Shown here in pieces: positions 1-13,400 of a DNA stretch of 64,000 bases. The DNA comes from Styela clava (lineage: Eukaryota): positions 7,998,001-8,062,000 of the forward strand of contig NC_135255.1 of assembly GCF_964204865.1 (NCBI RefSeq), given 5' to 3'. Below the pieces are notes generated by a model. That model was given only the letters and a program-made list of their open reading frames with translations. It had not been told where the DNA came from and ran no database searches. Made by a program: the position numbers and the translations under genes. Each line of letters starts with the position of its first letter. The stretch's first letter is position 1.

Positions 1-358
1 TTACGAATAATACGTCAATGCATCAATCTCCTTTATCTAAGTTTCTAGTAATAAATTTTGACAAGTAATTAAGCTTTTTGTCCAGGTTTAATCAATAGTA
101 CAGTCTCACAAGATTTTTAACTTGACGTAAGAATAATATTTACATACAGTGGCGGATATAGACCTTTAAAACCAAACTATCAGTATTTACTATTTCTGGA
201 ATATATTCAACATATATAAATATTAAATAATATTTGGGTGTTTCGAAGGCATGAATGCATAAATAAATTATTTTAAAAATAATAAATCAAAAATACTCAT
301 TGTGTAATTATTTTCAATAATTTACTTATTTGGGTATGCTTTTCAACCAGTTGATACT

Positions 359-698
359 GATATTATTGTTTATAATTAAATTGCTCTTTTTAATAGTCAT
401 GGACCTCCATCCATGTCCTACACTTACCAGTGAATGAAAATAGATATTAAAGTGAATGTAGATTGTGCCAAAAATGTTACCATTTTTCTGGCCAAACCTG
501 TACATTAATACTTAAACTAAAGACTAAAGATATTATTGTTTATAATTAAATTGCTCTTTTTAATAGTCATGGACCTCCATCCATGTCCTACACTTACCAG
601 TAAATGAAAATAGATATTAAAGTGAATGTAGATTGTGCCAAAAATGTTACCATTTTTCTGGCCAAACCTGTACATTAATACTTAAACTAAAGACTAAA
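359..698. repeat. Tandem duplication, 2 x 170 bp, in a nuclear receptor intron
   Basis: The unit starting GATATTATTGTTTATAATTAAATTGC occurs at 359 and 529. I see one mismatch (tgaatg vs taaatg). Confidence 0.95.
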
Positions 699-913
699 CT
701 TGTGTCCTCATTGTGAATAACTGAGGATTTTGGTACAAATAAAATCCTGTGTAGCATTCGCGATGATTATACTTAGAGCTAATTTCGTATAAATCTTTGA
801 GTCTTATACATGAAATATGTTATAAGAGTTAATCACTGAACAACGGTAATACCAAATAGTTCAATATTTCAGACTTTTCAGTTAAAAATCCATAATATAA
901 GAAATTATCTTAC

Positions 914-3900
914 ATTCTTTTTTCATGCCAATACGAAGGCACTTATCAAGACGGCAAGCTTGGCACTGTCGGCGATTACTTTTTGTTATCGTACAATTCC
1001 CAGTATATGGACAGGTAAAGTTCTTTGAATTCTTCATACTTCGTCTGAATTATTGAAATCAAAAATATAGTAAATACAGTAATTTTGAATCATGTAAGCA
1101 TCCCAAAAACATTCTATCATGTTCATATGATGATTTTTAGTGTTAGTATGTCTAAGTGATAACGCTAAAATGTCATTCTTCATGATCGTGAGATTTGGGT
1201 TGCAGGGGGCATTGTGTATAATTATTGAAGAAATGTCAAAGATAATTTAGTTTGCCACTGCAAATTGATTTGACCATCCAAGTGCACTATATTAATACCA
1301 AATAATGTTATAAATTAAAGATATTCAATGATAGGTAGGATGCATCCCAGCCAACTATTGATTTATATATTTATCAGGAGCATAGAGACAAAAGATTATA
1401 AATAAACTTCAATTCATAATCAATTACAATGAGATAATAATGTTACGTTAACAAAAATTTTCAACATCTAAAACTGAAACCCCCTGAATGGAGCATGAGA
1501 AATGTGAAACAATTGGTTTAAGTACAAAAGTTAAATAGCAAATAAAGCACTATTCCAGCTAATTACAATTACCAAAGCAAATGAAGCTTGGTTTAGGCAA
1601 AGAGCACAAACCATGTATACAGAATAGTTTTGTTCTAACTCAGTATTCAGGAAGTAGTTCAGTAATATGATGCTGTATTGATATCCCTTTTCCCGGTGCA
1701 TTTTTAGCAGCGTTGAGCTAATTCTCAAGGCCTCATGTTCTAGCTTTGCCTACGTTCGTTCAAAGAGACTAAATATTGTATTGTTTTAGTTCAGTCGCAA
1801 ATTTATATCACAAAATGGAACTCTATTATGCCACTTTTCAAAACAACATTAAATATGCTGGTACAGCACTAATAAATAATCGTGAAATTAATTCAATTTA
1901 TGTGAATATTTGGATTTTAGAGATCACAATTTTTAGGCCTACTAGAACAGCCTAAAATTTGAAAATAATTTGGTAAAAAACAGCATAACTCAAAAATGAG
2001 TACTATATTGTTAAGTGAGGATGAGTCATTACACGGCTATGTAAACAAGTACCACACGATACCTTTAATGTGGAATTAAAGTCTAGTGGATATGCTGTGT
2101 CAACGTAGCTATTTTACCAAAGCAATTCATAGTATGGATATATGAATAATGTCAATAACAAACCCATACGATGGAATAACATTACTATACATATATGTAT
2201 AGAACCGTGGTTTCAATCAGAGATGGGTAAACAAATTGAAATTTCAGATATATTTAAATTTCTTTTTTTTCTTCTCAGAAGTAGAAAGAGAGCCGTAGTT
2301 AATTCAAGAAATGAAAAGTTACTTTTTGAAAAACAGTATTGCCCTTGAGTGAAAAATATCAAAATTTTTTTGAAAGGGGTTGAAAAAGCTTTTCCTTGGC
2401 CTGGAATTGATTCAGTTTTATCGTGTGACAGCGCTATCATTAGTTTTCTGATCTATTTTCTGTTTAATTAGGTTTTAAATTATTATAATCTACCTAAGAT
2501 GAAAAAAGAATAAAAGAACATAAATCGAAAAATCAGTGGCGGGGCACTAATGCATTATCTGTGGTAGTACTAGTTATTCGGTCATGGCGAGGCCAGATTG
2601 TTTGGACAAGTGATATATTCTCCCCAACTTTGGGCTTATTATTGAAAAAAGTACCTCAGCCAAAAGTTTAAAAACTCTGGTTGTGAATGAAGCACCATAC
2701 GAGGTCATTAAAAATAATATCATATTTCTCCTCACACAACACGCAATAGATAATACGCATGTATGATTTTGCATGCAGATCGCAAGAAATTTTTAGCCTT
2801 CATGCATAATATGCATAGCGTATTTTAGTTCCTCTATTATGTTTTAGGTGCCAAGGTTTCTCAGACATTTTGTCTGCTTTTTTTTAAATTATATCTCTGA
2901 TTAAATATGTTGTCTTATATATTGTCCCCAATTTTCTGCCAATAATAGCATGCTGTTTTGTTATACCTTAAACTATCATTTGTCTCCGAGCTCCTTAAAA
3001 GTTTTTATAAAGAAGCAATGGATTACAAACCTGAAGAACCCTTTACATCCTTCACAAGTCAAAGCATTGAAATGATAGCCTGTAGCTTTATCTGCACAAA
3101 CTTGACAAATCTTCCACGAATCATCATCGTCATCATCAAAGAAAAAATTTGGTACTTGATGTTGTTGTTGCAATTTCGTTGGCGTTTTCATTGGTTTTTG
3201 AGAAGATGGCCTGAAGATTTTATAAACCATGTTTGAAATCCAAAAAAATATTTAAAATTCGTAATTTTAAGAAATTTAAATAACATTTTGATTTGATACA
3301 AATAATTTTAACAATACAATTGGCGCTGAATTGAAGGAAATGAAGTATGTTTGGATCCATTTTTATGTATTTAATGTATGATCTTGGAGACATAATTTGA
3401 TCCAAAAATTTGTCCAAAAATTTACAAATTCTAAGATGTTAAAAATATATTATAATCTCATTTTTTAAAAGATGAAGAACTCTTTGAATAAGTGTATTAG
3501 AAATAATAACGCAAATATGGACTGTAACTCAATATTTTAGAATAAAAAAAACTATTTGGAGATATTATCAAAATTTTCATCAAAGCAAAGACATAAACTG
3601 TGCATATTTATAATTTTTTGTTAACTACATATGGGCACATGTTGTATGATAAATCACTTTAGATTAGACATCAACCTCCACGTAATGTACATGTAATTTT
3701 AGGAGTCAGTACAAGACACCCGCTGATCAATAATTTTAGTGCATGCATGCGACATGAAAACGACCTTAAGAAAGTTCATATATAAGGACAGTTTGTTTGC
3801 TATGAATAATTAATACAATAACAGTTACACTAACAAAGGTCAACATTTTATCTAAAGTCAAACATAAAAGACTACACTGAGGTATTTTGTTGTATTAAAA

Positions 3901-6900
3901 TAAATCTGCTGTAGTAATTGATGTTTGTTTTAATACCGTACTGTATCTATAATTATAATTTTCCCATTGAATAACTTTGAAATTCTTGATTTAAGAATAA
4001 TTTAAAATATATTCAGTTTTTTCAAATTTCATTTCATGCATTTGAAATTCTATAATCACACAAAGAACAGGTATATTTAACTTCTGAAAACAGTAGGAAC
4101 CTATCAAAGCAACTTTTATGACCACCTTATCATATAGGTAATTAATCCCAATGTTGGCAATGTATATAGGAATATTTATGCAAATAGTCTTATTAAACAT
4201 GATATGTGAAACATGAACATAAAAATATTGCTCTAGAACGGGGGTTCTCAACCTGGGGTTAGCGAACCCCCAGGGGTTCACGAGAAAATTTCCAGGGGTA
4301 CTTGGACGGCAGTCGAGTGTTTGTGTGTTTTTTAATATCCTTTATTACTACCAGAGGAAAATGCGTGTCAATTGAAACAGAGATTTTCTCTGATGTTGCG
4401 TTGTTGTGATTGTGACGCAACAATGTGAAAATCATGGCTTTGCAGGCAAACTGTAAAATCTCGAAAGACGGCGTGCTGCGAGCATTGGAGAAAGTGATTA
4501 TGCTTATTAAAACTTAAGAGAGATTTTAAATGGAAATTCAATAGTTAGGCGGAGGACAAGGGCAATAATATCAACACGAAGATTTAATTTAGTTACATCT
4601 GGTCAATAAATTGTTGTTTCTATAAATCGTTAGTCAATATATCACAACTTTGTTCGGTGTCTGATTACTGGGGGTTCGCGTTGATTGTTTCGCGACTCGG
4701 GGGGTACTTGACAAAAAAAAGGTTGAGAACCCCTGCTCTAGAATATATTTAGAATTGTAAATTACTCAATTTTAGCCACCCAAGGCCGAACAATGCAATT
4801 GTTAAGTACATATTACTAAATACTAATAATAAAATCTGAAATCTGAATGGTATTCAAATATCTCATTTAAAATAAGAATTATCTTGATACTGTATATAAA
4901 TTTCAATCACAAAAAATTTAAAAATCTAAAATGTTTAAATGAATCATTTCAAACCGTCAGTTAAATGAGGGGAAATTGGTAACTCACAAAGGGATGATTA
5001 TACTAAACAACATAGGATTTCCGCATTATTTCAATATATCACACAGACAAGTGCGTTCACTTTACCGATAGTGAAATCATTGTAGTTTACTTCAGCGATA
5101 GGAAAGTTATTATTCAAATAGATCGCGATAGCCTGAAGAATACCTAGCATGTGTTATTATATAATTAATTGTTTCATGGATAATTCTAGTATTGTATGCA
5201 AAGTCAATGGGTCATATAGAGTTTAAGGACAAATTTATACCTTGAAGCAGAATCGTGACTCAAATGATCCATATTGACAAAAGGTTAAGAGTATCCATAT
5301 TTAAAATTCAATTTTACTTTGGCTGTGGCTATAGTTATATTTTCAAAATTTAAGCCATAGAAATGAATTTGATATGCAAATGTTTTTGTTGAATAATTTT
5401 TATTAAAATTAGGCATATTGTCTTAAGAAAAGCATACAAACATGATAAACAATATAAGGGATGTCATTTCGAAATTCCCCTTCTTCTGGAAGTAGAAATT
5501 TTCCTTTTGATAATAGGTAGGACAGTATGGATATTCCATATCCAAATAATTTGGTCTTTCAGAATTCCGAAATATTTTCAATATTAATATTTGTTCTAAT
5601 TCAAATACATAATGCAGAATGAAGTCAATCAGGTTAAAAATATCAAACAAATAACAGAAATATATCTTTAAAAAAAATATGGTCGTCGTTAAAGAAAAAG
5701 GCATCATTAAAAATTCCAATTCAGTATTATAATCACTAGATTATTTAAAAATATTAATCTTAAAATTGAAGCTTCTTATAATCTGATTGATATAACAATA
5801 TTTATTAGAATATGAAAAATACTTATAGCCTATCGCAACAGATTAAAAATCAAAAAAATTAGTTTGCAACAAATAAATAGGCCTCCAAAAATTAATTTCA
5901 TCATGATAGTATTTATAATATCTTTGTCACGATTTACTTTACATCATCATACTGGTCAATGATATAATAAAGCCTTATCAGTAGTGAAAGGCGTGAATAA
6001 CATTAGGTAAAAAAATAAGTTATTGAAACTATGAAAGAACTTATAATTCATTACATAAGATGCCATATAACCGAGGAAAATTTTTTCAAATGAGTTAGGA
6101 AATGTCAATTAAACATAGTTACCTGCTTGGTGTTGTTGGCTTAGGTGTATAAGAACTACTAGTGGAACTATTTGTGGAAGAATGAGAAAAATGTCTTTCA
6201 TCATTAGTAGATGAGAGAGATGTATAGGTGATAACTTCATCTGGATAAAAAACATAAAATATTAGGTACATTACAATATTTGTGGATCATATATGATCCC
6301 GATACCTAAAATCTAGAAGTCTATGATCAGAACATTCACTTAAAAGTTAAAATGATTCAAACAGTTTGGTATATTGCTGTAAAGCGTAGCTAATTAATTC
6401 TATTTCCTTAGTTTCTGTGTTTGCGGTTCTGTATGAACACGGAAGCTATCGAGTATCAAGTAAGAATGTATGATAAGATTATATGATATCGATTAGGTCC
6501 CTATGAGACTAACTACTTCTTCGTCTTCTATGCTTTCGCGTCGGTGGATCCGTATGCATATAATGCGAGGATGCTGTAGCAAGGGTGAAGATAACTATCC
6601 CAAGTGATTCAAGAGACTTGATGCACACTAACACAAATATATTTCAGTAACGTTTCGTCTGACCAAAGGTTACAGAAATATATTTGTGTTAGTGTGCAGC
6701 AAGACTCTTTAATCACTTAAGATTATACGAGTTGAAATATTTAGTTGCAGACCATGCCATAACTATTTGCTAATTACAGAACTGATCTGAAGTCTTTCAT
6801 TCTTCTTATGTACTGGTGCATATAATACCACTCAATAATTGTTGCTACAAGCAAAGATGAATATTAGTTCCCATTTTGACAATTAAAAAAAGTGAACACA

Positions 6901-9900
6901 GTTATCTATCGGGAGATCTGACTTCGTTCACACAAAGAAAAATTTTATCGAAAGGGCAGTAATATCATTAAGTTTTTCCCAAAACACACAAAAAGACATT
7001 ATTAATGATTACTCACTTTCGTTCACATCACTCTCCTTCGAAACCATATAAGAGGATTTGTAAAAATCAGGATTAGCAGATATCGTACTTGTATATCCAA
7101 CAATTCCCGATGTATCCGAAGGATTAATAATAGGTTTGGTTTCAAAACAGTGATTTGGAGGATTGACAAACGGACTTGCATACCTGAAATTATAAGTTAT
7201 GTTTACAAAAATATTGTACGAGAATGAAATAATTAAATGGAATAGAGAAGATTCATTACAGTCTGAGTTCCCTTCTTCAATGAGACTCAATTTTACGTGG
7301 AAAGTAGGAATTGATAACTTTTTGAGATTAGTGCCGAGTTTATATCCATGAAGGCTATGTAACAAATTCATAAAAATATTATTATATTCAGGAAATTGGA
7401 TATAAAACAGAATCTCATTCGAATATTAAATTGCAAGGTATTTATTTTCAATAAAATTCAGAAGAAGATCAATAGTACGTTCAGTAACTATGTATATAAT
7501 AATATAGTATAAAATGTATAGTATTTATTTGGTTGACTCTGGGGCTTCAATAACCTAAAAAGACCAAACTTGAAAATTTCTGTAGCTTTTCATTGAATGA
7601 CTTTTGGTGAATATTGCTTCGCACTATGATGAAATACAAGCGTAAAAAATACCAATGCCTTTGTAATATTTTTGAAAAAATTTCTCAAAATTTCAACATT
7701 CTCCTTTTTGTTTCGAAATCCTTTGTTATCGTCAGGTATCATAAATTTTTAGTCCCACAACCATGATAACAAATTTTGGGCTTTTCAATTTACCACTCAT
7801 AAAAATCATATTTCACAGAATTTTTTCACAGAAAAAATGAAGTTTTAAATAGATATTTTTTTAAGAAATCAATAATGTTACCAGTTCATTTAAATTCAAT
7901 ACTCCGAAGATCCATGTTTAAAAAAGAAACAAGGCATATTATGACTTTACATTATAAACATAGAAAGTTTAGATTAACTGTTAATAAGATAATCAAATAT
8001 GCGAGTGAACTACTAACCTCGGATCATTGTATGTTTGTAGATCTGTTTTGGAGATAGAAGCATTTTGCATCGGCATATCACATTGCATTTTTGCTGGTGA
8101 TGATCTCTCAATGAAACGTTTGGGGGGAGGTGAGAGTTGAGTGGGTGACCGAGTGCAACCTGAAAAAATAAATCATTATCATTCAGATTAGACTAAAATT
8201 ATTGAAAAATCCAGAAGGATAACTTGTACTCCATACCAAATGCTGTTCTACATTTGTAGACCGATGTTACAAATAAAGAAGGCCCTATTGGGTTCCTACA
8301 CAGAGAAACTACCAGTTCCTATAACACATTTACCTGGTCCAATAAAAGTTTTAAATTGCTATTTATGAGCACTGCATCACATGTGTAAGGTGAAGAAACA
8401 ACAGTTTTTTAAAAGGTTAAGAAGTTGAGACTGTTAGGTACCATAATTATATGGTAAATTTCAACTTGAAAATGACATTTATGATGTGAAATAGACACTT
8501 GAGTATATAAAGGAACTATTTGTACAGATTAAATATTTTTATGTAAGTAAGCTATTCTCAAATCAAGGTTCAAATCCCACAATGAAAAGTGTAGTCACGT
8601 AGTGATAGAAGAGTTGGAACTGATCACTGATGCACTCACTGAGAACTATAAATTTATCCTCACAACAGATATATCAGTGGATACAAGTCGACATGATTAC
8701 AAACAATTCAAGTCAATATTGTCAGGAAAGTAGCTAAGTTGATGGGAAAACATATAACATCACTTTTTCAAAATTGGAAAGCCTGAGTATTGTATTGACA
8801 CAACAAGCATTTTCTTGGGTGGCTTAAAATCATAGTTTTTTTCATAGTAATTATTCCATACTTCAATTACAGCATAATATGCGTATATTATGTACATATT
8901 ATGTGTATGAGTTCTATAAAATACAATTAGGTTATAAAATTTGTAGCTGTTATGTATCCAGTAACACCATATGCTATATCTTACCATAAGTTTTGTTAGA
9001 AAGTTGACTGTTGGTCATTTGTGTATGTTGACCTTCATCTTGCATAATCAATTTTCTTTCAGGAGGTGAATTTGAATCGCTGTTTCTCGAGTCTGAATAG
9101 AAAGTCTCCGTTCCAGTTGACATGCTGTAAGGTCTATTGTTATCTGTGAAAAAATTTTAACAAGATTAGTTAGTGCTTCAAAATATTATTATGATACTTA
9201 GGGTATACTTGCCATGAATGATCCTGTGAGAAAAATAAGATTTAATAAATATATAACCTTGGTTTGGTTATATACCAAAATGCCTCAGAAACTGGTTACG
9301 AGAATTAGATCAGCCTATGAATAAATGGATTTATAATTCAATATTAAAACAATAAACATTTAAAAAGGTTTGAGAATGTGAGAAATTGAATGTAAAACGG
9401 ACTTGAGTCTGTTAAAATATTATGAAGTTATTTATTATATTATACTGTCCCACCTTCGCTACCATTAGCTGGTGAACTGTAATATTCCTTGTAAGTTTCA
9501 GTAACTGATACAGGTACAAATCTTGTGTCGTTTACTGGATCGTAAGAACTTTGGGAAGTAAAAACTGAATTCTGGTCATTGTTGAGTGGACGAATATGAT
9601 GATACTCCATTTCAGGAAGAGATGGATTGTATCTGAAAAATCATTTGTAACTTTGAAAGTGCTTCTATAATACTTTTGGAACTGCAGTGTGAGTCTGGTG
9701 GAGAATATCTACAGTGGCAGAACCATATTCAATTTCCAAATGTTAAAATTAACTCAATATCACAGCAGAACTATGTTGCATCTGGATATCTACAAAAACT
9801 GCCAGGACCTCATAATTCTTTCGGCATCAGTTTATTGAAATTTCCAGTTTCCACATGACATCTCTTTTCAATAGCTCAAATTATGCATTTGAAACGCATT

Positions 9901-10583
9901 TGCGTTCTTGTTTGGAAAAATTTCCAAGAATTATTCCAAATTCAAATCAAACAAATAAGCCAGACACATACACACACAGTAGCCTTATAAAAGGAATTGT
10001 ATCTTATCACAAAATAAGGTCAAATAAAAAGAAGTAGGCAGTAAGTTTGCCCAAGTTACTTTTATGTTGATAGTTTGATGTTTCAAATCATTTGATTTAT
10101 AGACACATCCATGACATTCACAACAGTTCAGAATATGGATGATTATATGGTGTTAATCGTCTTTTGAGTGGGCTCCACTGTAGAGGGTTTTCTACACTTC
10201 TATAAAACTGTGCATGTTATTCTATATTACATGTAGAAAATCAATGTTTTCAAACTTATCACAGCTAAAGTAGATAGAACACAAATAACATTGTCTCCCA
10301 CAATTTTGAGCCAATAAATGCACCAAATTTATTTAACAAACCAGGCAAAATGCAGTATTTGATAATACCATACATAATAATATAGTAAGCATTACTCCCC
10401 TCTACTAACTTTCTTTGAGTTTGTTTATCTTAACACTAACCTAAATTACCATACACTAACCTAAGATAAATAAAAACAAATAGGAAAATCAGTGGTGGGC
10501 AAAACCATGAATTTGATATTATCCAAAATTCTATACCTGTGAGTTGGATCCAACTTTATCATTGATGTGGATGCGACCATCAT
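914..10583 (-). CDS. Nuclear receptor, NR1I (VDR/PXR/CAR)-like; N-terminal region and DNA-binding domain only, hinge and ligand-binding domain lie beyond the left edge
   Basis: Phase-consistent GT-AG exons: 10583-10537, 9632-9454, 9143-8985, 8159-8018, 7183-7017, 6240-6123, 3210-3031, 1044-914. Zinc finger 1 is [26 protein letters not shown]; finger 2 is [43 protein letters not shown]. Both closely resemble vertebrate VDR/PXR DBDs. The start codon (10583, MMVASTS) is inferred from an upstream in-frame stop. Confidence 0.9.
4239..4735. mobile_element. Non-autonomous hAT-type DNA transposon, family A copy 1 (~500 bp)
   Basis: Terminal inverted repeats (TIRs) CGGGGGTTCTCAACC / GGTTGAGAACCCCTG and a perfect 8-bp TSD CTCTAGAA. 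A full-length homolog lies at 35863-36362. Confidence 0.92.
6602..6718. repeat. ~117-bp imperfect palindrome (hairpin) in a nuclear receptor intron
   Basis: Two ~58-nt arms pair with about 6 mismatches and almost no loop. Confidence 0.85.
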
Positions 10584-12963
10584 CCTGCCAGCACAATTAG
10601 GCAGTTCCAGTGCAGAGTTTGTAGTTTCTTTATATTCCGTAATTTTGAGACTCTTTGCTCAATGCAGGTTTTAATGACAAGCATTACATTTAATAAGCAC
10701 AGAATATGATGTAATATAATCCAGTATTGATTACTGTATTAACTGCTGTTACATGTAAGTAAACTTATTTTACATTGTGTCAAAGTAATGTCTGAGAAAT
10801 AAATGTAAGAATATTAATACAGATATACACTGCCAAACGATTGATGATTGAGACACATTATTTATTGAGAAATTGTTATCAAAAGTTTTAGCTTGTATAG
10901 AAACATAATCAAAATGATGGTGTGAATCATTTAATGAAAAAAATTGAGCTATGCTCAAATGTTTGGAAAAATGAATATATTATTAAAGTGTTTTGACTAT
11001 GTATGGACCCAAAATAAATTTGGAAAAAGTATAAGGTAATAGCCTTCTATTGATTTTTCCAAATTAAACTACTGAAATTCAATTGGTCTACCATATGAGC
11101 AGAAAAGCTATTTTCCCCAACAAGAACAATTTAGCTAAAGTACATATCTTGTCTAATACTAAACAGTCGAAATATGCTGATTCAAAAAGAAGCACTGCAC
11201 TGAAAAAGGAATGGTGATCAAGTATATATCAAATCAAGTAACCTGATCTCCTGGTTCTTTAACTATCTTACACTGCAACTACCTAATCTCTAATTTTGAA
11301 GAAGTTATATAAAATACGTAAAAATACCATAAGCATTAGCGATATTACGATTTACGCAGTTAAGGGACAAATAAAATGATAGTAGCTAAAATATCTTTAT
11401 ATTGCGATTGCGAGACTATGTTGCAATCAATTTATTCACTAGCACATATTGATCAGCCAAAGCATAAAAGTCTAGTGTGGTCGTCAGAAATACAAAAAAA
11501 TTATAGGCATAGATAACAAGTCATTCTCCAATGAACTCGTAAGTACACATTTAAAATATCATGACAGATGTTCTGTTTGATCTGATATGTCGTAATATTG
11601 ACAAATCCATATTCAGTAAATACTGAAATAGCTACTGAATATATTCAAACTTATTTCGACTGAGATTTTTGCTTCAGGCTTCAAAACTGTATAGAGAATT
11701 CCTCATGAGTTCATTTTTGCAAGTTACATATACCTCAATTTTTACAGCATCTATCAGCTTTTAAAATTATCGCACCTTTCAACTAAAATCCATAATCTCA
11801 ATCTAAAATCACAGCATTTCTAGACAGTTCAGTGCCGAAATATCGTCATATGGCCACCATGCAATTGTTATCCAAGACCATACCTAAATCAATTAAATAG
11901 GTTCTTGTGAGAATTTCCAGGAAAAATACCAGTCATATCTATTTGCATGTAAATACTGGTATGTAACAACAATTGAACTAATGACCTCTTGATAAAATCA
12001 AAATGACAAAGCGTCAAATCAATATAAACACACCATACTGTTGGCCTAATCAATACAATGCACTGAAGAAAGGCTATTGGCATTTTTCCATTGTACTTTT
12101 CAGAAACAAAATCTAATACAAATACAGGGAAGTTTCTCTGAATATAAAAACATTAAATCTATAAATCGATAACTACAAGATATATCAACTTGGTAAATTA
12201 GTATAAATTATAGAAAAAAAATTCTCCATTCTAGGTATTATACGTGGAAACTGACTCATAGGTGCAGTCCATAAGTGTTACAGGCTTGATTGTCTCTAAA
12301 AACAGAAATAGATATAAAACGACTGGACATAAAAATAGAACAACGTTTACAAAAACAGTAGTTATCAGAATTACCAATCTTGAAAAAGCAGCCAAGCTAG
12401 TATATGAATCTGATAGGGTTAAACAAAGAACCAAATCTTTCAATTCCATAGCATGCCTTCCTGAGCTAATGACTAATGTATTACATTTCTTCCCTAACTC
12501 CTCATAAAAAACAGTCACACTGTATGGCATAGCACAGCAAGTTCAACTGACCAGATTCAGGAATGTCCCCACTACAGTCGTGTTTATACAATCTCACAAT
12601 AAGATTTACGGGTATAGTCTACAATATTACAATAAATGTAATACTAAAAGCTAATACTGAAATACTACGGTATAGCATACAGAGTCATATACAGTCATCT
12701 GAAATAAAATGTTATGCACAATGACATACAGACATAATTATATGGCAAACCATCGCCTCTTGTCCAGTTACAGAGTTACCAGTCAAGGTATGTCAGATTA
12801 GTTGTCCAGTTATTTGTTTCAGATAGATAGAGTGTATTCCAGTATTCAGATATTTGATAATCAGTGATCAGTGAAAACAAAACAAAACAAGCTGTTAGCG
12901 GGCTATAAGAGGTATAAGAGGTACAAGACGAACAGACGAAAGAAAATACATTATATTAATTAC

Positions 12964-13400
12964 TTGTTCTTTCCACTATCCTGTTTGCCGCAACAGACGA
13001 GACTGTGGCATCATTCAACTAACTTGCTCTAAGCTGTAAAATTTCTTCAAACAAAGAGGTCAGTTGCTAACATCGTCAACACAAACAGGCCGCAAATAAG
13101 CGATTGAGCTCTGCAAGAGTTAAGCGAACGACAGCATAATTGCCGTCGAAAAACTTTGGAAAATTGCGCTCAACGTCGTTTTTTAATCGCGTCAAAATCG
13201 AGAAGTAGCAGGGCATATAATAAGCTCTTAGCTATGAAAGAAAAACTAGAAGTTGCCGAGTAATGGTCGCCGCGGAACGCAAACTGTTATCCATCCTTGG
13301 TCCGTGCTCGGCATGAAGATATAAACAAGGGCGTATCGATTTCAGGATCGTCAAATTTTCAACAACAAACAACATTGCGCCTCTGGCAACATTGCGGCGT
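12964..13400 (-). promoter_or_regulatory. Probable promoter and non-coding first exon of the nuclear receptor gene
   Basis: Sequence switches from CpG-poor to CpG-rich near 13 kb, and there is a minus-strand donor AACAA|GTAATT at 12963. Inference only. Confidence 0.35.

Noticed and set aside
8563-8580. Isolated B-box-like GGTTCAAATCC (similar fragments near 26966 and 62563)
   Set aside because: No A box or cloverleaf; at most SINE remnants, not tRNA genes.
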